64,000 nucleotides of DNA from Spirochaetia bacterium (GCA_029857955.1 JAOUFY010000003.1:21628-85627), one strand, 5' to 3'; counted from the stretch's first letter, positions 37,297 to 47,817 are shown. The notes: generated from the letters alone by a model not told the origin. Translations and numbers: made by a program.

Positions 37297-38286
37297 ATGG
37301 ATAATATAGCAGAAGAAAATACATTCACGCAGCAGGATATACATCAAATACGCCAACAAGCTTTGGAGCTTGGCTTTTCTAACGTAAAATTTATTTCTGC
37401 CGTCGACCCTGATAAAAGTTGGCAAAATAAATATCGTGAATATTTAAAAAAAGGTTTTCATGCGGGCATGAAATACCTTGAAAATGTTCAATCCCGATTT
37501 TCTGTAAAAAAAATATATCAGCCGGTTCAAACCATCGCAGTTTTTTCACTACCATATTTATATAATAATAAAAAATCAAATGAACCCGTCGAAACCAGAA
37601 AATACAATGTTGCCAAATATGCTCTGGGCCGAGATTATCATCTTGTTGTACGTGAAAAACTGGAAATCATCAATTCCATTTCAGGAATAAAGGCGGGTAG
37701 AATCGTATGCGATACGACTCCCTTGCCGGAACGTTATTATGGAGCCCTTTCTGGTTTGGGGTTTATCGGTAAAAATGCCATGCTCATCGATCCCCGTTTG
37801 GGAAGTTATTTTTTTCTTGCCTTTATTTTATTTGAACAGTCACTATCTACCTTGTATGTAAATAAATGGACAGATTTACCCGAAATTAAAAAAGAAGGTA
37901 TCTACGACTACCAGACAAACATCGACAAGTTTTGCGGTTCATGTGAAAAATGCGTAAAAGCTTGTCCTGGCGGCGCTCTTGACGGCAGCGGTTATTTAAA
38001 TTCGCAACGCTGCTACAGTTATTGGAGCATTGAAAACAGGCTTGAAATTATCCAGGCTGACTTTAAAAAAATGACCTCGGTTTTCGGTTGCGACATCTGT
38101 CAGGATGTTTGCCCGTATAATGTAAAGCCGCTGACGACAAATGCAGATGATTTTAAAGTAAGCGAAATATCTCTAAATGTTATGAATGCAGATTTTGAGA
38201 ATTTATCTTTAAAAGAAACAGCCTATGAACGAACAGGCATAAAAGGTTTAAAAAGAAATTTGCAGTTTATAGCTAAAGAGAAGTAA
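37297..38286 (+). CDS. queG: tRNA epoxyqueuosine(34) reductase
   Basis: CGSCEKCVKACP and CDICQDVCPYN Fe-S motifs in the QueG arrangement. Confidence 0.85.
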   Translation: MDNIAEENTFTQQDIHQIRQQALELGFSNVKFISAVDPDKSWQNKYREYLKKGFHAGMKYLENVQSRFSVKKIYQPVQTIAVFSLPYLYNNKKSNEPVETRKYNVAKYALGRDYHLVVREKLEIINSISGIKAGRIVCDTTPLPERYYGALSGLGFIGKNAMLIDPRLGSYFFLAFILFEQSLSTLYVNKWTDLPEIKKEGIYDYQTNIDKFCGSCEKCVKACPGGALDGSGYLNSQRCYSYWSIENRLEIIQADFKKMTSVFGCDICQDVCPYNVKPLTTNADDFKVSEISLNVMNADFENLSLKETAYERTGIKGLKRNLQFIAKEK

Positions 38287-38440
38287 GCAATTTTTATGAA
38301 ATTCATTTGTTCTTGTTATCATTAATTTCGTATGAAAATATTTATAACAAATAACATTTGGCTGCCAAAAATCATATTTAATTTTCTATTCTTGTTGGTA
38401 TTTAAATGCCTGATAATCTAAATGATTTTACTATATAGTT

Positions 38441-40648
38441 TTATTTGTGTATGGGGCAGAAAAAATCAGGTTCGGTTCCGGTTAAAAAACTTTGGTTCTT
38501 AACTGTGTTTGGGCATGATTCTTTGTCGTGGGGTACGCCGCCGGATTGTAAACAAAAGTTTTCATGAGTTATATTTTCTAATGTATAGTTGACTTTAAAC
38601 GGTTCAGGCGGCAGATCTTTTTTTGTATTTTGTATGTATTCGATCCAGACCGGAGAACAAATGGATCCGCCGGATTTGTCATTGCCAAGGGGGGCGTTCA
38701 TGTCGCTGCCAATCCAGACAATGCTCACTTCGTCTGAAGTTAAACCGGCAAACCAGGCGTCTTTGTGATCTGAAGTTGTACCTGTTTTACCGGCAATTTC
38801 AAAGTTTAGCGTATCAGGGTTCTTTTTTTTGTAATCGGCAACCCAGCCCGATGTTCCTTCTTTTTCAAAAACAGAGGTGAGCATTTGTACAATGATGTAG
38901 GCGGAATCTGATTTTAAAATTTGTTTTTCTTTAGGGGTTTCTTCATTTGTCCATAAAATATGCCCCTGGGAATCTTCTACCCGAAGCATGGTAACAGGGT
39001 TAACCGATCTGCCATTATTTATCAGTACACTGTACAAGGTAGCAACTTCAATCGGTGTAAAACTTGGGGTTCCCAGGGCAACACCCGCTTCATTGGGAAC
39101 TCGCTGGGACAGGTCTTCGTCGAGGATTTTTTCAAGCAGGCGTTTAAAAGGTTTTACGCCCACCATTTGAAGTATTTTTACGGCAATCGTGTTACGGCTT
39201 TTTTTAAGAGCCTCATATACGGTGATGTCGTTTAAATAACCGCCGTCATAATTGTGAAAATCATATTTTCCGACTTTCAGGGGTTCGTCTTTTACAATGG
39301 TTGCAGGTGTTATTTTTTTTTCTGCAATAGCTAGATAGTAAATAAAAGGTTTTAAAAGAGATCCAACCTGGCGGTAAGCGCTAGTACTTCGATTGAACTG
39401 GTTGCTGGCTGAAAATTCACTTCCGCCAATCATCGTAAGTACATATCCTGTTTTAGGTTCGATCGTTATAAAGGCTCCATTTGTTTTTTCGCGTGCTTCT
39501 TTGAAAAATTCAGCATTTTTAATATCGTGCTTGTTTTGTGCCTTGATTTTTTCTTTATCAAAAGAGTCTTTTTGAGCGGCAATGGCTTTTTTGAGAGCAA
39601 CCTCGGCATTGTGTTGTCGATCATAGTCCAAGGTTGTGTATATTCTCAAGCCTCCTTTCATAAGTTCGTTTGCCGTATACGTTTGTAAAAGAACTTTTCG
39701 AATTTCCTCTAAAAAGTAGGGCGCCATATTGATTCGATAAGCGCGGTCGGGAAACTGTCCTACGGTAGAAAGATAATGGTCATTGATTTTTTGTACCTGG
39801 TATTGTGCATAAAAAGCTGTTAATGATATATTGGCCGTTTGTTTCGTGATAACTTTAGTTTCTATGAGTGCGTTTAAAACGGTCCGCTGCCGCATTAATG
39901 ATTTTTCAAGATCGTTGATCGGCGAATATTTTTCAGGGCTGGGTAATAATCCAATCAGTATACTGGCTTCGGCAAGGCTTAAATTCTCGCTTGATTTGTT
40001 AAAATAATATTGAGAGGCCGACTCAACGCCAAAATTTCCATGACCCATGTATATTAAATTTAAATACATTTCAAGAATTTGTTTTTTTGTAAATCTTTCT
40101 TCAATGGTTTTTGTGCAAAAAAATTCGAAAATTTTTCGATCAATGGTTTTTTCCTGATTTGTAAATAAAACTTTAGCCAGCTGCTGGGTGAGGGTTGACC
40201 CCCCCTGTGAGTATTGAAACGTAATGATGTTTTTTAATATTGCGCGTAAAATAGAAGAATAACGAATTCCGTGATGTTCGTAAAATTTTCTATCTTCAGA
40301 TGCGATGAGCGAGCGTTCTATGTAAAGGGGAAGTTTATCGAGATTAATCAAGGTGCGTCGTTCTGTAAAAAATTCACCGATGAGTTTATCGTTTTTATCG
40401 TAGACTCTTGATGGAATGGCAACTGTACCAATGTTGACTTCGGAACCGAGTTCTTCTACCGGTAAATTTGATCTTAATTGATCGAGTTGTTTTTTATAGG
40501 TAAATAATTTCCCAATGATTTCTTCTTTCTGTGAATTCCAGTTAAGATAGGCTTTAACAAAAGTTAGCGTTGAAATTCCGGAAAAAATAATACATATAAA
40601 CAAAAACCTTTTCAGCCATTTGTTAAATCTTTCAGATGATTTCTTCAT
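38441..40648 (-). CDS. mrcA: Bifunctional penicillin-binding protein 1A (glycosyltransferase GT51 plus transpeptidase)
   Basis: EDRKFYEHHGI and GGSTLTQQLAK GT51 motifs, then a transpeptidase region with an SxxK-type segment (GSLLKP) and KTGTT. Confidence 0.9.
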   Translation of the reverse strand: MKKSSERFNKWLKRFLFICIIFSGISTLTFVKAYLNWNSQKEEIIGKLFTYKKQLDQLRSNLPVEELGSEVNIGTVAIPSRVYDKNDKLIGEFFTERRTLINLDKLPLYIERSLIASEDRKFYEHHGIRYSSILRAILKNIITFQYSQGGSTLTQQLAKVLFTNQEKTIDRKIFEFFCTKTIEERFTKKQILEMYLNLIYMGHGNFGVESASQYYFNKSSENLSLAEASILIGLLPSPEKYSPINDLEKSLMRQRTVLNALIETKVITKQTANISLTAFYAQYQVQKINDHYLSTVGQFPDRAYRINMAPYFLEEIRKVLLQTYTANELMKGGLRIYTTLDYDRQHNAEVALKKAIAAQKDSFDKEKIKAQNKHDIKNAEFFKEAREKTNGAFITIEPKTGYVLTMIGGSEFSASNQFNRSTSAYRQVGSLLKPFIYYLAIAEKKITPATIVKDEPLKVGKYDFHNYDGGYLNDITVYEALKKSRNTIAVKILQMVGVKPFKRLLEKILDEDLSQRVPNEAGVALGTPSFTPIEVATLYSVLINNGRSVNPVTMLRVEDSQGHILWTNEETPKEKQILKSDSAYIIVQMLTSVFEKEGTSGWVADYKKKNPDTLNFEIAGKTGTTSDHKDAWFAGLTSDEVSIVWIGSDMNAPLGNDKSGGSICSPVWIEYIQNTKKDLPPEPFKVNYTLENITHENFCLQSGGVPHDKESCPNTVKNQSFLTGTEPDFFCPIHK

Positions 40649-40774
40649 TATTGATAAGATTTTGATTGCTCAATGTCTTTATAAAGACATTCGTTCTATT
40701 TACCGGTTATAGTTCTGATTACTTAACCAGAATTTTAGCCGGCAATGATGGTTTTCTGGAAATAATGTGGTCAA

Positions 40775-41086
40775 TTATGCAGTGATGGCTGTAATTTGAA
40801 TTTTTTGTAAATTCTGACGATGTCCCCATCTTCTACGATAATTTTTTTTACTTTTATACTTGAATCCGACAATTTTTGGCGCTCTTACATCATCAAGTAT
40901 CTTTGCTTTTATGGAAACATTTTCAAGGATTGGTTTACCAAAAGAAACCTTGTTGTCTTTCTCTAAAAGAAGTATATTTTTTATATCAATTTCGCTACCT
41001 TTTTCAAAACCTGTTTTCTCTACATACAGAATTTGCTCAGGTTCTACCCGATATTGTTTTCCACCCATTTCTATTACAGCGTACAT
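40775..41086 (-). CDS. rplU: 50S ribosomal protein L21
   Basis: MYAVIEMGGKQYRV N-terminus and a C-terminal GHRQ motif. Track ORF extends to 41125. Confidence 0.92.
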   Translation of the reverse strand: MYAVIEMGGKQYRVEPEQILYVEKTGFEKGSEIDIKNILLLEKDNKVSFGKPILENVSIKAKILDDVRAPKIVGFKYKSKKNYRRRWGHRQNLQKIQITAITA

Positions 41087-41176
41087 AAGGCAAAATTCGT
41101 TATTTACATATGTTGTCAACGACAATCACAAAATATTTATGCCCTTTGTTGTGGTCAGGAGTTTATTTAAACAATT

Positions 41177-41857
41177 ATGATGCAAAATATGGATTTAAAT
41201 TTATCAAACAAAAAGCTTTTTATATTTGATTGGGACGGCACTTTGGCCGATTCAATTGATTTAATCTCCTCATGCTTGATGGATTCTTTTAAAGAGTTAC
41301 GCTTGCCTGAATTATCGCCGGAAAAAGCAAAATCAATCATTGGTCTTGGACTCATTGACGCTCTTGAACTGTTGACTCCCAAAGCATCGGATCATGATAG
41401 AGATTTATTATTGAAGGCATATAAAAAATATTTTATGGAAAGATCCGTAAGCGGCATTGTCATGTTTCCTGGAGTAGAAGAGCTTTTGTTATTTTTAAAA
41501 AATAAATCAGTAAAAACAGCTGTAGCAACCGGTAAAAGTCGTGCTGGCCTTGAACGAGATTTATCAAATTCTAATTTAAGAGCGTATTTTCACACAACAC
41601 GTACCATAGACGAATGTAATCCAAAACCAGATCCGCATATGATTGTAGATATAATGAATGAGTTGGGTTGTTCTGCGGCAGAAACCGTTATGATTGGAGA
41701 TACAACATATGATCTTGATATGGCAGAAAATGCCGGTGTTGATTCATTGGCGATCACCGGAGGAGCTCATTCCAGTGAAATACTTGAAAAATGTAATCCA
41801 TTAAAGTACTTTTCGGGATTAAAAGATTTATCAGAATATTTAATGAAAGGTATTTAG
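41177..41857 (+). CDS. HAD-superfamily hydrolase (phosphoglycolate phosphatase-like)
   Basis: FIFDWDGTLADS motif I, ATGK motif II, GDTTYDLDMAENAG motif III/IV. Confidence 0.8.
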   Translation: MMQNMDLNLSNKKLFIFDWDGTLADSIDLISSCLMDSFKELRLPELSPEKAKSIIGLGLIDALELLTPKASDHDRDLLLKAYKKYFMERSVSGIVMFPGVEELLLFLKNKSVKTAVATGKSRAGLERDLSNSNLRAYFHTTRTIDECNPKPDPHMIVDIMNELGCSAAETVMIGDTTYDLDMAENAGVDSLAITGGAHSSEILEKCNPLKYFSGLKDLSEYLMKGI

Positions 41858-41863
41858 CGAGGT

Positions 41864-43069
41864 TTAACCGGTATTTTCAATATGTTCTAATGGAACAAAG
41901 TGTACCGAAAGGACGGTTTTTTTATTGGCCATCGCAATGATTAAAGTGCCAAAGTCTGTTTTAATTTTTGTTCCGCTTTCAGGAATATCTCCATAGAGAC
42001 TGATAATATAGCCTGTGATGGTTTCAAATCCGGCTTTGCCGAGACTTAATTGGAATTTCTCATTAAAATCATCGAGATCAAGATTACCGGCAAGTTCATA
42101 AAGATCTTTATTTAATTTTAATATATATGGTTTTTCTGTAATTTGATCACGGGCAAGAATATCTGTTCCAATGACTTCTTCTACAATATTTTCAAGTGTA
42201 ATTAACCCTGAAACGCTTCCATATTCATTTACCAGAAATATCATTGCCAGCTTGTTTTTTTGCATTTTTTGTAAAACTTTATCGACCATAATGTTTTCAG
42301 GAACATAAACCGGTGCGTAAATGTATTTTGTAATATTTTCATTTAAACGGGCGCTTAGTAAATCAAAAACATCAACATGACCAATGATGTTATCGCCTCG
42401 ATCTTCATAAACAGGGTATCTTGAATAAGATGTCCCTTTGATTTTTTCAAGTACCTCCGCAACTTTATAAGTTTTGTTAATGGAAAAAACTTCGGGAATA
42501 GGCGTCATGATTTCAACAGCGCGGGTTTTATCTAACGACGATAGCCCGCGAGTTATTGGTATTTTTTCACGGGTAAATTGTGTTCGAATAAAATAAATGA
42601 TATCATCTTTCTGGGTATGACCCGATTCAGGAAAAAAATTAAAAAGCCTCTTAATGAGTGTCATTAATAACCAGCTGACGGGTCTTAGCGAATAAAAAAT
42701 AATTAAAATTACAATAAATAGTTTTAATAAGATCCATGAATTTAATTTCCGAAAAATATTTTTTGGCAGCAGTTCAGCGATAAGAAAAAACAATAAAATC
42801 TGCAGAAAAAAGATTCCAATTTTAGCATAAAGACCAAGACTGTTTCCAAGTACTTCGTCAAGGGCGAGAGTCGCAGCGACAATACAAATGTTATTTCCAA
42901 TTAACAGGGTTGAGATGATGTTTTCTTTTTGTTTAAGCAAGAAAATAATTTTTTCTTTATATTTTTTTTGATAATGAAAAGGAGTTAATCCTGCAATTGA
43001 AATTTCAATTCCAGATAATAGCGATGAAATCAATATCATGACAATGATGAATATAATATTAGCGTTCAT
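41864..43069 (-). CDS. CNNM/CorB-family protein (DUF21 TM domain, CBS pair, CorC_HlyC)
   Basis: Four N-terminal TM helices, a CBS-pair region, and a C-terminal ETITGYIISLYGDIPESG transporter-associated domain. Confidence 0.8.
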   Translation of the reverse strand: MNANIIFIIVMILISSLLSGIEISIAGLTPFHYQKKYKEKIIFLLKQKENIISTLLIGNNICIVAATLALDEVLGNSLGLYAKIGIFFLQILLFFLIAELLPKNIFRKLNSWILLKLFIVILIIFYSLRPVSWLLMTLIKRLFNFFPESGHTQKDDIIYFIRTQFTREKIPITRGLSSLDKTRAVEIMTPIPEVFSINKTYKVAEVLEKIKGTSYSRYPVYEDRGDNIIGHVDVFDLLSARLNENITKYIYAPVYVPENIMVDKVLQKMQKNKLAMIFLVNEYGSVSGLITLENIVEEVIGTDILARDQITEKPYILKLNKDLYELAGNLDLDDFNEKFQLSLGKAGFETITGYIISLYGDIPESGTKIKTDFGTLIIAMANKKTVLSVHFVPLEHIENTG

Positions 43070-44303
43070 GCAGTATGTCCAGTATGATATCTGAAATTGT
43101 GTTATTTCTGATTTTCATTTTACTGAATTTTAAATTTTTATATTGAAAAATGGTATTTGATTTGGGGTATCCGTCAAGTTTTTCAATAAGAAAGCCCGAT
43201 AAGGTTTCTGAATTTTCCGATACGATGTCGGTCTGAAAAAACTCGTTAAACTCATGCAGCGTTATTGATCCGCTGATTTGATATCTGTTTTTACTGACAG
43301 AGTAAATATTTCCTGAAGTCAGCGGAGTATCTATCAATGAATCATGATCGGAATTTCCCAGAAGAGTATGGAAAATATCCTTCATGGTTATTATTCCTGA
43401 CAATTCGCCCATTTCATCAATGATTGCTGCTACTTCTAGCTGATTTTTCATCAGCTCATCAAAGACATCATTTAAGAGCATGGTTTTTGGAAGAAAAATA
43501 ACCGGTTGCATAAAATCAATGATTTGCTTTTTTTTATTACCGATTAAATGCACAATGGCTCTTGCGTTGATTGAACCAAGTATCCGGCTGTCTTTTTCAT
43601 TAAATACCAGAGCAATGTTTGTTTTTTTATCGATAAAAGCTTTACGTGAATTTGTAAATGTTTCGCTAGAATCTAACATGGCTACATTTGATTTTGGAAT
43701 CATTAAGCTATACGCTGTATCGTGATAGAAATGTATACTTCTTTGCAAAGTTTTGTGTTCTCCAGATTCAATGATACCATCGAGATGGGCAAATTTTAGC
43801 GTATCGAGCAATTCAGTTTCACTGTATTTATGGCGAATTTCAGGTATCCAGGCTGTTATTTTCTGAGTAAGGGCATTTAAAGGCCATGCCATAAATTTTG
43901 TTGTTTTTATCCATATTGACAAAGCCTGAGATGTCTTTATGCTCCAGGATTCGTTATAACGCAGGGCATAAACTTTTGGTAAAATTTCGCCAATGATTAA
44001 AAGAGTTAATGTAATGATGACTAAAATAACAAAATCAGATTCAAGGCCTGAAAAAAACGGGTTTAATAATTTATGCATCGCATGCGAAAATAAAATATTT
44101 ACAGTGAGGTTTCCAAGAAGCAGGCTGGATAAAATCATTTCAGGATCGGTTAATATTTTTTTTAGTCGGCTGATTTTCGGGTTTTTGCCCTCGGCAATAC
44201 GCGAAATTTTAGCGCTGCTGAGAGAAAACATAGCCGTTTCTGTTCCTGAAAAAAAAACGGAGGCAAGTAATAAAAAAATTATAATTAAAATATCAATCTG
44301 CAT
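43059..44303 (-). CDS. CNNM/CorB-family protein (DUF21, CBS pair, CorC_HlyC), tandem paralog
   Basis: Same architecture as the downstream gene (ETLSGFLIEKLDGYPKSN). Its stop overlaps the downstream start by 11 nt. Confidence 0.8.
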   Translation of the reverse strand: MQIDILIIIFLLLASVFFSGTETAMFSLSSAKISRIAEGKNPKISRLKKILTDPEMILSSLLLGNLTVNILFSHAMHKLLNPFFSGLESDFVILVIITLTLLIIGEILPKVYALRYNESWSIKTSQALSIWIKTTKFMAWPLNALTQKITAWIPEIRHKYSETELLDTLKFAHLDGIIESGEHKTLQRSIHFYHDTAYSLMIPKSNVAMLDSSETFTNSRKAFIDKKTNIALVFNEKDSRILGSINARAIVHLIGNKKKQIIDFMQPVIFLPKTMLLNDVFDELMKNQLEVAAIIDEMGELSGIITMKDIFHTLLGNSDHDSLIDTPLTSGNIYSVSKNRYQISGSITLHEFNEFFQTDIVSENSETLSGFLIEKLDGYPKSNTIFQYKNLKFSKMKIRNNTISDIILDILHER

Positions 44304-44312
44304 CGGATACGT

Positions 44313-44852
44313 TTAAGTAAATGGCGAATTAGAAATACATACTAAAGATGTTTTATACAATTTTGATCTGTTTGTATAATCCAGGGCAATACGTTCGATC
44401 ATGGCGATTTCTTCATCTTTTAATGGCCGTACAATTTTTGCAGGTACGCCTGCAACAAGAGTTTTTTCCGGTACAACAAAACCCGGGGGTACAAGCGCTC
44501 CAGCGGCTACAAATCCATAGGGATGAACAATTACATTGTCCATTACGGTCGCTGAGATACCCACAAAGCTGTAACTTTTTAAAGTAGCCCCGTGAATCAC
44601 AACGTTATGACCAATCGTAACATAATCTTCTATGATTGACGGGTATTTGTTGGTGGTGACATGAATTACGCTGTTATCTTGTACATTGCTGAATTTACCG
44701 ATATGCACCGGAAAGCCATCTCCTCGAATGGTGCAGTTAAACCATACAGAAGAGCCTTCGCCGATGGTAATCTCGCCAATAAGGCTCGCATCCGGCGCGA
44801 TAAATGCGGTCTCATGAATTTCAGGTGTTTTATTTTCTATTTTGTATAACAT
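44313..44852 (-). CDS. Gamma-carbonic-anhydrase-like hexapeptide-repeat protein (YrdA/PaaY family)
   Basis: Left-handed beta-helix repeats with the usual N-terminal layout (P.I...AFIAPDASLIGEITIGEGSSVWFN.TIRGD). Confidence 0.85.
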   Translation of the reverse strand: MLYKIENKTPEIHETAFIAPDASLIGEITIGEGSSVWFNCTIRGDGFPVHIGKFSNVQDNSVIHVTTNKYPSIIEDYVTIGHNVVIHGATLKSYSFVGISATVMDNVIVHPYGFVAAGALVPPGFVVPEKTLVAGVPAKIVRPLKDEEIAMIERIALDYTNRSKLYKTSLVCISNSPFT

Positions 44853-44907
44853 TTTTCATTTAATTGCTGTACTTTTATTTTTGCACTGCTTTCGAGCCAG
44901 TACAGTG

Positions 44908-47403
44908 TTAATAGTCAAGTAAGTAGTACTTTATTGTACTTTCAAGCTCAGGGGGCAGAATTCCGTTGTTTTCAGCTCTGTATTTTTTATATTTAGGCTC
45001 AAGCTCAATGGCTTTTCTTTTTTTAATATTGATTGATTTTTGAATAATATCAGTAAAGCTTGGTAATTTTAATAAATTTTCCCTGATGCCTTTTGTAAAG
45101 GGAATGTGTTTTGCCATAATTTTTCTGGCTACTTTGTTTAGCCTTTGAGTCCCTTCCGATTCAAATTTTATCCAAATTGAATAGTCGTTAATAAATCTTG
45201 CTCTATCGTCGCGAAAACGTTTAAACTCGGTAGCCAGTTTTTCTTTGTTTTCCTGGGTAAGGTCTTTATTTTTCTTAAAAAATTGAACGTAGTCGGTATA
45301 ATCAGCAGTAAGCGATGAAGAACTGATGTTGTTCCAGTCGGGACCAAGTAATGTCTTGGTGAGCTCCCAACGATAAGCTGCCGAAACATGTAAAAGCATT
45401 TCGTATAAGTCATCAAGAACAAAGATGGGGCAAATTAATCGACCTGGTGAAGTTCTGTTGTTGCCTTCTCGTTCCTGCCAAAACTGAAAAACAGTTCCAA
45501 TTGAAGGAACCAGCAGCATATTGGGTATCACCTGCATTTGAATAAATTCTTTGGGGATTCCCAGTTTTTCATTCATGTATAAAATTTCACGGTGATATGC
45601 GCTAAAATCAATCTTGAGCAATTTATCAATTTCACCTTCAAGTCTTTCAGGTGTAACATAGGTTCTTTCAATAGCTTGGGTAAAATGGTATTTGGTCAAT
45701 ATAGGAAAATGATTGATGATACTTCCTGAAGTAAGTTTTACTGTAGAGGTGAGCATGTTGTGGACTTCAAAACGTACACGAGCTTCAGGGCTGTTTACAT
45801 TTGCCGGTAAATCCGATTCACGTTTCCATCCGGCGTCGCGATTGTCCTGACGTAACATCTCAAAAAAAGATACGCCCAGTTCGTTTATACTTGTAGGAAT
45901 TTTACCCAGATATATTTGTTCAAGCCATCCAATCGCGTCATGAATGGGATATTTCGATGAAACTCTTTTTACATTTGAAAATATATAGTTTATATGTTCC
46001 GGATCCATCAGGGTTTCGTCCATAAAACCGGTTAATAAAAATATCTCTATAAGTTTTGATGAAGGTTCTTTTTTACTTAAGTATTTTAATATACATTTTT
46101 CGTAGATCAGCCAGTAAATTGGGGCAATGGTTCTTTTTATTTTCTTCAAGTCATCGTCAGCTTCCATCGGGTTTGGAAATTTTTTAAATTTTTCAAGAAG
46201 ATCTTTAAATTGCTTTTGTTTTTCGGGTTCAAGTTCAGAATATTGAAGTATTTTATTTAATGAATCTTTGGTAATGTTAGAAGTTCCGGCATCAATTCCG
46301 GTATCTTGACTTTGTACAACTACAGGTTCATTGGCCTGCTGTTGACGGCAAAAGGTAAGGTATTGGTTTATTTTATTAACCGGTAAAGATTCAATGTTGT
46401 ATCTGTTTTGCGCCCAAAGTTTTTGAAATTGATCGTGAACCATACGAGTACTTTCAATTAAAAAATGGCAACTGTTCATTAAAGTTATATCTTGCTTTTT
46501 TTCTTTCAATGCAATTTCAGATTGAAGTGCATATTTTTCAAGCCATGAATATTCACCGAGTAAAATCAAGTCGCAAACTTCTGTACATTCATTAAAGGTT
46601 TCCACCAAATCTACATTGATATTGATAAATTCCTGGGCAAATTTACGTCCGTTTAAAGCAATGAACTGCGGCTTTTTTTGAGCAATGGCTGAAAGTATAG
46701 CCGGTTCAAGCGACATAAATTCCTGATAATAATCCATACTTTCATTATCAATGGATGGAGTACTTTGAGAGTTCATTCCGATTACACCGGTGAAATCTTT
46801 TTTTAAATAGTTTATATCAATGGTATCCGGGACTTTAAACCCCTTGGCGGTTAATTTTTGTACACTTTCTCTTGCTGCATTTATTGTTAGATCATGACCC
46901 TGGCTTTCGCCATTTAATTTTTCAGGAGTAAATTGTTCCGGATGAATTTTTGAAAAAGCAAAGCTCAACACATATTGTACGTTTGCGGCATATTTTAAAA
47001 AGGATTGTGTTCGTGCAATTTTTTCTTGAATTTGATTGATTTCTTTTATAATTGTGCTGAGGGTTAATATTGCAATTTGAGGTTTGCTCTGTATTATCTT
47101 GAGAAGACTGCTGTAGTTTGCCGCATAAACTGAAATTACGCATTTAGTTTCGCTGATGGCATGGTAGAAGTTTGGCATATTTGACAAAATGGCGCTGGCG
47201 CCAAGTATTGCCGGACCATTGATGGTGGTTGCATAAAAAGATGTGGAAATATTTTTATCGGTTGCAATATCCGGAGAAAGACGCAGCGAAATAGCTCCCT
47301 GGTGCAAGATGATCAAAGCGTTTCCGGGACTTCCCTGAGATAAAATAATTTTACCCGGCTCAACAGATTGATTTGGGCCGGGCTTCAACGATTCTGTACT
47401 CAT
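44908..47403 (-). CDS. Large protein with an N-terminal cyclic-nucleotide-binding-like domain and an uncharacterised region of about 650 aa
   Basis: Residues around 15-125 (ILSQGSPGNALIILHQGAISLRL...INGPAILGASAIL...CVISVY) fit the cNMP-binding beta-barrel pattern. I recognise no family for the remainder. Confidence 0.5.
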   Translation of the reverse strand: MSTESLKPGPNQSVEPGKIILSQGSPGNALIILHQGAISLRLSPDIATDKNISTSFYATTINGPAILGASAILSNMPNFYHAISETKCVISVYAANYSSLLKIIQSKPQIAILTLSTIIKEINQIQEKIARTQSFLKYAANVQYVLSFAFSKIHPEQFTPEKLNGESQGHDLTINAARESVQKLTAKGFKVPDTIDINYLKKDFTGVIGMNSQSTPSIDNESMDYYQEFMSLEPAILSAIAQKKPQFIALNGRKFAQEFININVDLVETFNECTEVCDLILLGEYSWLEKYALQSEIALKEKKQDITLMNSCHFLIESTRMVHDQFQKLWAQNRYNIESLPVNKINQYLTFCRQQQANEPVVVQSQDTGIDAGTSNITKDSLNKILQYSELEPEKQKQFKDLLEKFKKFPNPMEADDDLKKIKRTIAPIYWLIYEKCILKYLSKKEPSSKLIEIFLLTGFMDETLMDPEHINYIFSNVKRVSSKYPIHDAIGWLEQIYLGKIPTSINELGVSFFEMLRQDNRDAGWKRESDLPANVNSPEARVRFEVHNMLTSTVKLTSGSIINHFPILTKYHFTQAIERTYVTPERLEGEIDKLLKIDFSAYHREILYMNEKLGIPKEFIQMQVIPNMLLVPSIGTVFQFWQEREGNNRTSPGRLICPIFVLDDLYEMLLHVSAAYRWELTKTLLGPDWNNISSSSLTADYTDYVQFFKKNKDLTQENKEKLATEFKRFRDDRARFINDYSIWIKFESEGTQRLNKVARKIMAKHIPFTKGIRENLLKLPSFTDIIQKSINIKKRKAIELEPKYKKYRAENNGILPPELESTIKYYLLDY

Positions 47404-47445
47404 TTATAAGATACAAATGATTCGTAACAGCCGTTGTCAACTCTC

Positions 47446-47817
47446 TTAATGGGCAGATCCAGTGTGATGTTCCATGTTATAAAGTTTTTGAATGGATTCT
47501 TTGTTGCCCTGTTTAGCGGCTTTTTGGTGCCATTCTTTGCCTTTTTCATGACTATGGCCAACACCCCAGCCATTGTAATACATTTTACCGACATGCATTT
47601 GGGCATCAGAATGGCCCATTTCGGCAGCTTTTAGTAACAGTGGAAAAGCTTCTTTAAAGTTTTTTTCATCATAAAGCTTTTTACCTTTTTCATAGTATGC
47701 AGAAGCTTCCTGGTTTGAACTGGACTTGTCTGGAGTCTTATTTTCCGCAAAAACAGGAATCGAAGCCAAAAACAATACAGTAAAGCAAATTTTTAACATT
47801 TTATTTATAATTTTCAT
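47446..47817 (-). CDS. Secreted Sel1-repeat (TPR-like) protein
   Basis: Signal peptide, then Sel1 repeats (AAEMGHSDAQMHVGKMYYNGWGVGHSHEKGKEWHQKAAKQGN). Confidence 0.8.
   Translation of the reverse strand: MKIINKMLKICFTVLFLASIPVFAENKTPDKSSSNQEASAYYEKGKKLYDEKNFKEAFPLLLKAAEMGHSDAQMHVGKMYYNGWGVGHSHEKGKEWHQKAAKQGNKESIQKLYNMEHHTGSAH

Noticed and set aside
40860-41180. 106-aa and 70-aa plus-strand ORFs overlapping rplU
   Set aside because: They are antisense to the canonical L21 coding sequence and have no independent support.
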